Source: Sphaeroforma arctica JP610
Lineage: Eukaryota
Direction: 5' to 3'
Assembly: GCF_001186125.1 (NCBI RefSeq)
Contig: NW_014039739.1
Location: 1-40,247, forward strand
Length of the DNA: 40,247 nt
The notes below the pieces were generated by a model. The model was not told the origin of the DNA, searched no databases, and was given only the letters and a program-made list of their open reading frames with translations. Positions 1 through 12,100 of this stretch are shown here, in pieces (the first letter of the stretch is position 1; every line of letters begins with the position of its first letter). The position numbers and the translations under genes are program-made.

Positions 1-1036
1 GGCTGTATTTCATATTGTGTAAATGTAAAATTGTATGTCTGTGATATGGATTCTTGTGTATGTCTTGTTGATCTGCGTGATAGCCGTGTTTTTTTCGTAA
101 TACTTAAAACAAAAAGTGAGTTTAGTCGAGCGTGTGGGGGCTATAATCATGGTTTTTTCGTTTTAAACTCGAAAGATAGTGTGATAGATATATAGCTCTT
201 GAGTTGAAAACTAATCAAGCGGGATGTTTAATTTTCTGAACCTTTCCTGATTTTTCGGAAACATTCTTTCAGCTAAATACATGCTTTAAAGTATACACTA
301 CCTTTTTGTGGTATCGATGATATCTCTCGACGTTATTTCTTTGATTTGCACACATCAGAGCCAGGCTTTCTTTTCTTGGGACAAAGATCGAATTCAGCCT
401 TTTATATATGATTGTTCTTTATTCCTTCTGAAAAATGTGGATCCAATTTTTAGGGTTGGTTTCAGATCCGGATTGCTGGAGGTAGAACTATGTGTATTTA
501 GTAATTATTAGTTCATAAGCTATGTACATCCAGTCGATATGCAATTCTGGCGCATTGTGTAAAATTTGCAAGCTTTCAAGTCGCGTATTTCTTTCTGCCT
601 ATCGTCCTACGCAAACGCAACACCAGACAGCTCACCACTGCACTCTTTTGTATCTTTAAAAGAGGTGTAAACAATTTATTATCGACGAATTCTCTTCGTG
701 GTGCCATTATTCTGGTTGCGAAGACAACCTCACACGTCATGAGCGATCGTATATGAAATGGCGCCCCGATATAATTTGCGGACGAATCGTATTTGATTGC
801 GAATAATAAATATATTTGTGTTCAATCGCACACTCGCCAAGCGCACCCATTTCAATTGCTATCTCAAAATGGTCTCCAAATATTAGTTCTGATATCATTG
901 GTGCTACATTTTATATTTCTGTTCTTATTTCCAACTGCGCAGAGAGCCTAGTGAAGGCAACTTATTCAGATACACAAGCGCACTCCTCTAAGATGATCTT
1001 GAGGTGCAGTTTTGAATCATAATAGGGTACAGGTCT

Positions 1037-1301
1037 AAAAATGGACCGATGATTCTAAGGATGCTAACTTTGAGCGTAATTGTGCATCACAATGCCAAGT
1101 TTTGTATGACCAAGAATAAACAGAAATATGCGCACCCACGATTATCTGAGTCTTAATCATATCACTTTAAAAAATGGGCCGATGATTCTAAGGATGCTAA
1201 CTTTGAGCGTAATTGTGCATCTCAATGCCAAAGTTTTGTATGACCAAGAATAAACAAAATTATACGCACCCACGATTATCTGAGTCTTAATCATATCCCT
1301 T
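1037..1301. repeat. Two-copy tandem duplication, unit ~133 bp
   Basis: AAAATGG(A/G)CCGATGATTCTAAGGATGCTAACTTTGAGCG...GAGTCTTAATCATATC occurs twice (ATG at 1041 and 1174), with a few substitutions and a small indel. Confidence 0.95.
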
Positions 1302-2196
1302 CTCACCATGTACTCTCGGAAGGGGGTTCACACTTTCTATCGCATAGTATTCGCAGCCTGTGACCAAACTGAATCCGTAGATTTGCGGGGTTCACTGGCA
1401 CCAGGTGAGCCTACCTAATGATATTTGTAGATGCAGATACGAGTAGAGTGGCCAGTCCTTGTATGTGTTTAGAAAGTGGATAGGCATACTCAGATAGTCA
1501 TGCATACTGGCGGAAATGGCAGAATTTAATACACAAGAATACTTAACATCTTGAGTAGCCTGCGAGAGATCACCAGCCCTTTGCACGGCCAAACATTGCA
1601 GTCCGCGGAGGAGCAATCAGCATTTGAGTTGTTTGTAATTTGTAGCTGCAAATTTTTTGTATGTACTCTAAAAATGTGCCATGGTATAGCACGATACCGT
1701 TTACGCGTCATTCTAAGCTGTTGCCAATACTGTGTTGAACACAAAAACTGCACATTGGACGTGGTAATATTAAGATTCTCTGAAAGATCTGATCACCACA
1801 TCCGAATTCGCTGTTTTAATGCAATGCGCGTTGGTGTCTGTGCTCAGAGTCAATGATAGACGTATTTGTCAAGGAGTGTCACAATCTGAGTATTTTGGAC
1901 AGAATGAGACAATTGAATTTTGGCTGACAGTGATTAGTGTAATCTATATCAAACGTGTCAATGGAAGAGAGTACAATTACCGCTGAATCTGGGAGGGTGC
2001 GATTGGCCTGCGTTGTTGGCTTGGTAGGAGCGGACCGTATTGTGATGAGTGGCCACGTGAACTCACACCCCATACCTCAAATGCTCTTGCATATTTATGT
2101 GTAGCTAATCAGACACATCTCGCCCTCAGGAATTAGAAGGCGGTGTTCCGGAGCAAGAATAGCATGGCCACACTCGAGATATCAAACGATCTATGA

Positions 2197-2229
2197 GCAA
2201 TCAAAGGTCGGACAGGATCCGTATAAAAA
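2197..2229 (+). promoter_or_regulatory. Putative core promoter (CAATCAAA element plus TATA box) of the GH114 gene
   Basis: GCAATCAAAG at ~2197 and TATAAAA at 2222-2228, about 85 nt upstream of ATG 2311. Confidence 0.5.
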
Positions 2230-2310
2230 CCAGCAATTGCACTTGGAAAGTCACATCACATTGCAGCTGTGAGTATCTATCAGACACGCCCCCATCAACA
2301 AACCATCACG

Positions 2311-5300
2311 ATGGTTCAAAGTTTCTATTCTACTGAATCCAACACCAAGGACGCCACTGGGTCTAACACTAAGCGGCGCTGCACAAAACCAGTGCAAATC
2401 GCAATTGTCGTTACTGCTGTGCTACTGATTGCTGGTATTATCATAGGAGCGTTAGCAGCTACCGGCACGTTCTCAAGTTCATCTTCTAGTGCTTCCGCAC
2501 AGGGGTCTGTACAATCTGAAGCACCCACAACCAGTCTGCCACAGAGCACCGAGCCTATTTCATTCACCGAAGTGACTCCACCATTACCGAGTGCCACTTC
2601 CCCTTTGCCTACGCCGCCTTCAGAATCAGAAATTGCTCAGATGAAGCCGCGAATTGAGGTCCTGGAGAATCTGACAGTGTCTTGGGCGGAGTGGAGGGCC
2701 CAATGCGGCGATGGAGTATGTGGAGAGGGTGAGTGGTGCAGAACATGTCCGCAGGACTGCCCATGCACCGCGATACCTGGAAATGGTGTGTGCGAGGACG
2801 GAGAGAACGGAGTGACAGATCCAGACGATTGTCTCAAAATGAATAGCGTGTGCGGGAACGGTATATGCGAGGACTGGAGTAGTATGGGGTACCACAACTT
2901 CTATGAGTCACCATACAACTGCCCTATCGATTGCCCGCTTGAAGAGGAGTGTGGTAACGGGATTTGCGAATCTACAGAAAGTTGTTTCAGATGCTCAGTG
3001 GATTGCGGTGTTTGCGCGCCCACGTGCGGCGATGGTGAGTGCAATGAGTCAGTCGGAGAGACCTGTACAACATGCAAACGCGACTGTGGCTTGTGTGAAG
3101 CAATCAGCAACGACAACATCTGCGCATGGCCAAAAGAAACCAGCGGGACGACACCATCAGATTGCATCCCTGCAAACATTCAGAATAGCGTTGTGATGCC
3201 CTTTGGCGTGATATATGCGACACTAGGCGAGACTTCTCCCGAACAGGTTCCATACGAAGATAGTGATTGTGATAGCACCGAAACTTATTTACCTAATGGG
3301 TGGAAAATAGCTGACAACAATCAACATAGCAAGGAGGTGGCCGCAGCTTATCCTTTCGCAACACCCTGTGTTGTCCTTAGTGACGGTACAGTGCTAACGA
3401 CAAAAGGGAGCAACGCGACATATTGTCATCCAGTCCCACTCGTGATCACGACTCACAGCGATCGTAGGGTTTCAGTGCAGTTTCTTACAGAACTCTGTCC
3501 GGCAAGAATCTTAATTGAGCAGATTGACAGGTGAGATACTCAACTGAATCCATACACTTGCGTTGGTTGTCTATCTCCTTTGTTTTATCAGCATGTTTAT
3601 AATTTAGATATACTGGCATGTTTATAATTGGCTCGGAACATTCGATTAATTTTGATGGCACACCAAATTCCTTCACCTATACTTATAGCGTGCTGAGAGC
3701 ACCGGGATTCACTGCTAAAGCATGTCCGGCAAATTGTAATGGTCATGGATCGTGCGACCCAATCAATGGAAAGTGTACCTGCGATAGTCGTTATACCGGA
3801 ACCGAATGTGGCCGTATAATGGGCGACATATCTATCCCGGCGAACCTTGAAAGTGAGTCAGGTGTCAGTCAGTGAATTCATCGTATGACGTCTGCGTGCG
3901 AATGAATTCCATCGATCAGATTGCTCTGGTTGTCCCATTATGGTGCACATTTCAATGGCGAAGCTTATATTCAATCCTTGCCTTGATCGTATTTTAAAAG
4001 CTCGTATTGAATCTTTGAATCAATTATGATCATGGGCAGATGTAGAGAGGTTCAGGCCCCAAAAAGGAATCAGATGGCAGTGGCAACTGCAGGATACAAT
4101 CGACGAGTCTCATGATGTCCCACTATACGATGTCGATATCGACACGCCAGCTAGCACAATTGCTTCTCTCCATGCGGCAGGTAATATATACGAGTGGATG
4201 CAATAGAGGCAACGCTGTGTTTGCGGGTGTTAGGAAAGTTTTTGACAAATCCGTATGCTCATTCTAACTTTTGTAATTGCGTTTACAGGGCGTAAAGTGA
4301 TGTGTTATTTTTCAGCTGGAAGTTATGAAGATTGGCGAATGGATCGAGCCCTATTTCCTGAATTCATAAAAGGCGGGCCTCTTATGTTTGGAGAGGGCGA
4401 CGTATTTACTGATGAGGCATGGTTGGATATACGCCGGATTGATATTATCGCGCCGATTATGATGGATCGTTTAGACGCTGCAAAGGCAAAAGGATGCGAC
4501 GCTTTGGAATTCGATAACCCAGACGTTATAATTCACGAGCATGGACTAGAGGTTAGTACCTGTTTGGTATTCCCAAACATTCAGAATCTGCTAAACACGC
4601 CTATACCAATAACTTTTTTAATTCCTGATTGTCAACTGTACTATAATACATTGATCACCTCAATATTTCTCCTTTTCTCCGAGTGCAGGGCAATATTGAT
4701 CTGACTCTGCAATTGCAATTTGATATATGGGGTGTTAGACAGGCACATGCACGAGGCATGTCCGTGGCACTAAAGAATTCGAATGAGTTTGCATTCCTCC
4801 TAAGTGACACTTACGATATGGTGGTAAATGAAGAAGCCTTCATCAATGGAAATATTGATAATTACTGGCCCTTTCTCCACAGGTATGTCCTTTCGATTTC
4901 AATTCAATTTGCATTCAAGGAATATCTATCTGAACTTTTGAAACATAATTGATTCCTAATATCATCTGTATGATATGTATATATTTTAATAAAGTTCTAG
5001 AAACTATTATTAGTCCATACACGCGGACAATTTCCCAAATAGATCATACAAACACTTCCATCGATACAGAAATACTACATCAATTACCTCGTAAACTTGA
5101 ACATTATAAACTCTCTTCCCCATTTAATACAGGAATAAACCAGTGCTGAACACCGAGTATTTTACATCGAGGTGCTTTTATTGTGCCACTGCTAAAGCAA
5201 TGGGCGTATCAACTATTAAGAAGAGACCGGATCTCGACAGTTGCATGGTAGATTGCACGATGGATATACCCTTGAGTGTTACATCTGTTTGTGATGATAT

Positions 5301-5433
5301 TGGATTCCACACAGCAGGTAAAGCTAAATTTCCAGCAAATGCGGATGGTTGGTGCCCAATGACAGAAAATACGGACATCGCAGAGTGTGCAAATACCCGA
5401 TTTGGGGAATGCGAGCCATCTTATGGGTACTAG
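2311..5433 (+). CDS. Type II membrane multidomain protein: TM + S/T/P stalk + 6 Cys-rich repeats + unassigned module + EGF + glycoside hydrolase family 114 domain (~787 aa)
   Basis: Exons 2311-3530, 3608-3852, 4040-4180, 4289-4551, 4689-4882 and 5133-5433 join in frame at GT-AG introns; an alternative same-phase donor exists at 3862. TM segment IAIVVTAVLLIAGIIIGALAA; CGDGxC..E..C..CP.DC repeats; EGF CPANCNGHGSCDPINGKCTCDSRYTGTEC. GH114 motifs: WQWQLQ..YDVDID..IASLHAAGRKVMCYFSAGSYEDWR..WLDIR..IMMDRLDAAKAKGCDALEFDN..VALKNS..VVNEE..KPVLNTEY. Confidence 0.9.
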
Positions 5434-6155
5434 TTGCATCTTGAACTTCGATTAAATACAATGAAATATCAGGTAACACATAGAAATGTCTATTAAATAC
5501 GATAAATGATCAGGCAGTACATAGTACCATTAACAATATACCATATTCAAATGAACTAATAAATCGGTATATTTAGATTATAAATACAAGATATTTAATA
5601 GACCTGGGACGGGGTTTCAACGAATAATCAAAATCGAATTATTTGTCACTATTATGTAGTACAGAGTGTTTTAAGGACGCACAAACATATTTACATCATC
5701 GTTTGCGAGCTGAGCTTTCAGCTGTTGGATCAGCGAGGCTTGAAAGTTTGTGCCGTTCTCAGGTTCGGCCCTGTGCCCTTGGGAATGGGGAATTGGGTCG
5801 ACATTTCACATTCGATATAATCGTCATCGACTGTTATCTTTTGATCGGGATCGCTGATTGGTCAGTGATTGTTTTTTCTTAGAAATCCTCGCGGCTCGCG
5901 CACTTCACTTATTTTTTATTCAACAAGAGGATTCTGATACAGGGGTTTTTTATACGACAAATGCCGAGACGCCTGAAAGATTTCAGTGCACTGCTGGACC
6001 TGGTGTTACTTTCACTCGAACAGCTGTGGCTACTACCGCAGATGATAGAAGTAAATACTATTCTGACGGTAACAAGAGTAGTGTAGTATACGTAGTGGTA
6101 AATATAATACAAAATCTACCTGTGTGAAGCGCATGTGCGCATTTGTTTCACTACG

Positions 6156-9100
6156 ATGCCGGCCGCAGCGACATGGCTCCGCATCGCGGAGAGAGGCTTA
6201 GCTTTATCTGCAGCATACTTCTTGGCACGCAAACTGAAGCGATACGGGTTTTTGACTACCACGGTATGGTTGCGCATGCCTATGTTTCTCAACGGGCCAT
6301 CTCATAGATTCATATAAATAGTTAGTGGGAACCGTGGAAATACATGCAATTCAAGTAGTCGAGGGTCGACGAAGCATTTGGGTACCTGTTGTATGTTCTA
6401 TACACGATATTGGCCTAAGATCATGATGAATGTAGCGCGCATAACGATTTTTCTACTTAAGTGACATTTTGGTAGCTGTGATTATGCTTCGTTTATAAAA
6501 CGACTTGTGTTCGTGTATGCATACGTGTCAATGTCCTTTATTTTGTCTTCATTTGCACAATTTTGGACAAACACTTCCGTGTTCAACATCAGATTATATT
6601 CGTTTAATACTAACAAGCTGAGTACGCGCAATATAGCCCCTCTGACGCAAGATCACCGAGTGCGAAGTGGAGGTGTTCTACAAAGAAGCATGTCTGTCTT
6701 TGTGTCAGAGTAGTTTACAGGGAGACTGATTGATCCCATAAGGGAACAGTTTTCAATTCGGTACAAACACTCTATAGAGTATTTTGAGAAGCACAAGTGT
6801 TGTATATTTATGGAATGTAGCGCACACTTATGTGATAACCTTGCTATTCGCATGAGCAAATACGAAATGGCTTTAGTAAGGAGAATCCAGTTTCTTAGCA
6901 TAAGTCAACAATATCACACTTATATGCAAAACTGTTCATAACCTCAATCGATAGCGAAATTGTCGAAAGCTATTCTTCGATGATAGTTGCACGTTATCTC
7001 ATGTACCTAGTCGTAATACTAGCAATTTAAAGCTAAAGAGGGCTTGTAGTTACATGAAACATGCACATATACGGGTGGGCGCTAATATATTCGTTTACGA
7101 TGAGCAGATTAAGCGCAAGCCAAAACAATCTTAGGTAGTACTATATTCACATAGATTCTTCTCATATCTTGTTCTTTTGTAATGTACAATAGAATAATAT
7201 GCGCTTTGGTAGTTTGAGACAACCTATAACATCTGAATTGAAATGTAGGGTTTACCGGATCGTCTACAGGCCAGACTATTCAAATATTCGCCAAATCGAC
7301 TTAAATTAACTTCTGTATTTGCTCCAGGTTTATGTGGTGGGCAATGTTTGTGAGGCAGCATCCGATGTGGGTACGACCCTAGGGTGGGTTTATAAGACCG
7401 TGTCCGCGTCTGTAGGTATGTCTGTAGCACCTATGTATAGGCTAGCGTGTGTGGCACATAAACGATATCGATTTCAGAGATGATCCGTGATATGTAAATG
7501 TCTTTAAGTGTAGATATAGTTATATACTACTCAGCATTGTCACATTGCGAGTGTTCACGGAAAGATGCGGGCTTCATCGCAAGTCTAAAGAGGAACCTGG
7601 ACTGCTAAAGAACTAGATGATCACGCAATATTGTCGTCTATAGATTTGATTCTTGAACGACATAGAAATGCGACTGTTTTTTATTGACACTACATATATA
7701 GACGCTGCCAGGGATCAAGGATCACAGCCAGAGACAAGTGACGTCGTGGAAGAGAGGTGAGTGCATGTGCCTTTATTTGTGCTTTTGTGTGCGATGAATG
7801 TATTTCAATATTTTATTATGTGCATATGTGTATTCATGTAGTCCACGATTCGCATTCCTCCTTCGCCATTATTTATGGTCTTAAATTAAGTTTCTAGAGC
7901 TCGTCTGCAAGAATGTATGTCAAGAACAGTTTAGAAAGCGTTTATCTCATCTCAGGATATTTTATTTTGGTACAACAGAGACCCTAACAGGACAACACCC
8001 AAACCTCTACCGCAAGCGAAAACCCGCAAGGGCATAGCCATTGCATTGCCGATAAAAGGCATGTCGAAGGAAGAGATTATCTCTACACTCGTCAAATTGA
8101 AGTACAAGGATCACACGCCGGTGTCACAGATGCAGCTTACGGACATTTCTCCGTTCGCCCAGACACTCAGGGTGACCAACCCCGCAACATCGGCATCAGA
8201 GCTACCCACAGGTATGCTTCCGAACTCTCGCTCTAGTTTCTCCAGCATATGATATATATCTATTCTACAGCTGGAAAGTTTTACACCCTCACCGTCGCTC
8301 TTGATTTACAAACGAATATTACAGTAGCCGATGCATCTTTGGTGGATGATAGAGAAAGTTCGGTCCTAGATACCCTTGAGGCAGGTACGGCGGATGTTAA
8401 GGCTTCGCGAAACCTGTATGTGAGAGGCGCAGCAACCAATACTGGGCCTATAGTCACTCCTTCTCGCAATCTATCACGGTCGGCACCACGTGTACTGCAT
8501 CGCCAAAATCCCGAGGTGAGTTTATGAGTTTTTGGATGTGGCTGTGATCGTGTTGTTGAAAGATTGTAAAAGGGACAGTTTATACTAAGTACATTCGTAG
8601 TGCAATTATGTGAGAATTTGATAGATGTTTCATATTTGTGCTGTATGTTTGCTTGAGAAAGTCTTTGCATACGTAGAGTATATACTGATGCGAATACGCC
8701 TTACTGGCTTCGGTGTACAGTTAAGAGCATTCAGTCAATGTAAACGAGATCGAATGTATCCTACTGAGCTCGTACCGTATCAGATAGGACTGAAAGTATC
8801 CACACCTTCAGTATTGACTTATGTGAACGTTCAGACGATCGCAAATTTTCCCTTGAACGTTGTCGAAATTCGTACATACATGCTGAATCGTGCATTATAT
8901 TCTATAGAGGAAGCATTGACAAGAAACTGTTTACCTCTTCATCACAGTCCCCTATGCACGAGTGACTTCATCTCAATTCTGTTTCCCTCAGTCGCGCTCG
9001 ATGCCTTGCGCCTAACATACTTCCACATCTCGCCAGTACACTCGTAATGAAAATATAGGTCAAGACGATGGGCGAGTATGGGAGCTATACGGTCACGGTC

Positions 9101-12100
9101 GCTTGAACGACTATCATCCACCCCCTTCGGTCCTGCGAATGGAATCCGATGTGGTATCTATGCTGGCGCGTGCATTTAGCGCCCCTTCGATGGATATCGG
9201 TGGGTATGTGACTAGTTCTGCTTGGGATGTGGCGAGTGAAGTAATCGGGTGTGCGCTGCAGAATCGAACGAATAGCCAGTGCACGGTGGTGCTGGTGGGA
9301 GACTGTCACAGGTAATCATATACCAGATTGAACTACACATACATCTAACTCTTGACAATGAGCGGAAACAGGATTTTAGCTCAACTTACTTCATTGTTTT
9401 GTAAATTCATCGTATTGTCGTTACTTCTTAGTTGTATTTGTTGCTTGGTGCAGTGGTAGGTTGTACGCTATATATAGATATTAATCTGGGCTCCTTGGTG
9501 TAGACATTCACTGGCTACATAACACATAGATCCATCTGAATTTGGTGTAACAGTACGTCTGTCAGGTGGTATTCCAGAGGTATACAAACGCGATGTCCGA
9601 CCTGCAAGAAATTAATCAGAGCTTTGTGATTTCTTGCGTGTAAAAATTAATATACGACTGACTGTCGAACGCTGCATCATCCACTATATTTAAATCAATC
9701 AGCAATTTTCTCGTTTTGTGATACAACAAAACTTTGAAGAAATAACCTCCATCATCACTTTTTAACTTCTTGTCCTCAACCTCACTTGACAATGTATTGC
9801 CAGTGTATATCAACCTCTATGCATCATGAATTCAAGCGTTCACTTGAAGTTTTTCCATACCTATCTAGAAATTACCAGCTCATACTTGTGAATAACTTGG
9901 GTCTTACAACCTGCGTTGCGAATATCCACTAATACCACTATTGTCGTACTATTTTTGCATTTTGAACCAGATCTTGGGAACACGTTATCGAATCATTGGG
10001 AGCTCAGCGTGTATGTATTCCTGTTGTATGTGGCGCTGATACGAGCGTATTGTTGAAGTTGAGGCAGCACTTACACACAGACACTGCATTGGTGATTGTC
10101 AACCCCTTCACACCAACTTATAATCGACTGCTCTCTAAACGCACGGGAACGTGTACTACTGCGAATTTGGCGTGGATGGGCGAGAGCTGTACCAATCTGG
10201 TCCAGTCTATCTTGAGGGTGAGTTTGATCTGTGCATGTACACGCATGATGAGTAATGTTTCTATCTCCTTACTACGGCCCCCATTAGATGCGAGTGAGAG
10301 AGGTTTATCGGTTTCTTGAAGGCTGTTGTGCCAAATATGTGAGCTCAGTTTTCAAGCAGCTGTGTGCAATAGGTATAGAGCGTACGCGTGTATAGAGTCA
10401 CATCGTGTGATTCTTGTCTAAGCCACGGCAGTTAATAGTAGCTTGTATGCGGAATCTGTAGATTGCAATCCTGTGAAAGAATTTTGGCCGTGAATGTGAT
10501 GGAGCTGTTTTAGGATTGTTTTATACAGCACTTTCTGTACCATGATAAAGGGTTTAGATGTGGGAGTCGCCTGTCGATTAGCTCCGATACACTTGATAAC
10601 CACTTATCCTTGGATTATCGCATATGCCCATTGCAGGTGATCAATAGCGCCGAGATACCGGTGCACGTGGATATTACTGAGCATTCCATGCTCTTCCCTT
10701 CCATCCCCGTGGCCGTCGCCACAGTCCAAATAGCACTCAATGAAGACCACGAACCCAACGAGGTGGAATTCGATGAGAGTGCCACAGCTAAGAGCAGTAC
10801 TGAACTGCTATCCAGCGTAGCCAACAACCACAGAGGAACTATGCGTTCATTGGTATCAGAAAGTACTACGGGGCCTGTAGTCTCGCTTGGCTTTGGGGTA
10901 GACGGTGTGACGAGCCTCTCGGTGTGTGTGGACAGTGTACTGTCGCACGAGAATACGTGCGCTGTGGTGTATAGGGACAAATCATATAGACCTGCAGGTA
11001 CACCCCGTCCAGGTAGGTCATTCCTTACGTTGTAATCAGCTTAAGTCAACACTGTTGGATGTCGATTATGGCGCTCTCGAGAGAAATAACAGAGTACATC
11101 GAGGCAATGCATGCATTGGCGGCATCTCATAAACTTTTGCTGGCTTTTTATATCCTTTCACCTACTTAGTATAGCTGTATTGATTCAACTGAGTGCGTTG
11201 AACGCTATCGTCCATCCTGATTGTTTAGATTGTTTGGTATATATCTCGCATTAGTGTAACGTCGCTGCACCATTTCACAGGTGTCACATCGGGATCTATA
11301 GCGAGTGCGTGGGCGACGATGATGAATTTTGGACTCGAAGGGTATAGCCTTGCTGCCAACGATCTCGTGGTTGCTAGAGCCAGGCTGTGTGAGAGTATCG
11401 CAGGTATGTTGTACTAATTAGGGATAAAAAACATGTGATATGCCATGATCTGTCTGGTTTATGGAATGTATATGAGATTTCCGGCGTGCTGTACAAGTTT
11501 TACACCTGATGTATCGGGCCTTGATATCTAAGGTGCTGTAGCTTGCTACCGCTTTAGCATCAGTCTCGCATTTCATATTGCAACGTATCAGCTCTCTCAC
11601 TGAGCACATATAAGTTCGAATTCTTGACCTACTTGTCATCTACATAGAGATATTGGTTTTACAGATTACGTCCGCGTTTCGACCCAATACAAATGGCCTA
11701 AAGATTCAGTCTATACTGACAAGTTATTGGCTCGCAGTATCTCGGTTTGTTGAGCACAAATATGTACGAGCTAGACCTAAAACTTAGACCGACCCTATAA
11801 GAAGACACCACACTCACCAGGACTGACATTCTTAGTGCTGCATCAACCAGCACCCGTTATTACTACTCCACGTTGTTTCTCCTTGCCAACCCGTTGCTAT
11901 ACATAGCAATATGGAGTATCTCAATATGTCTCTCGGCTTCTTAGAAGGACTGACTCAGCGAATACGCATCACACTTTTGATGGCCAATACCCAAGGCGAT
12001 GCATGATACAAACAGTAGCTTCTAAGCTAATAGAGCAACCTATTCTCACCTCATTATACACGGTGATGGATAAGCTAAATGATTTTCTCAGCTACGTAGA

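Noticed and set aside
1..2200. Short ORFs at the left end
   Set aside because: No recognisable motifs or consistent exon chain; treated as intergenic.
5858..6308. ORF 5858-6127 with TGA followed by more open frame (possible selenocysteine/readthrough or N-terminal extension)
   Set aside because: No ATG start, no recognisable domain or SECIS, and the downstream part overlaps the better-supported first exon (6156-6263) in another frame; probably promoter/5' UTR.
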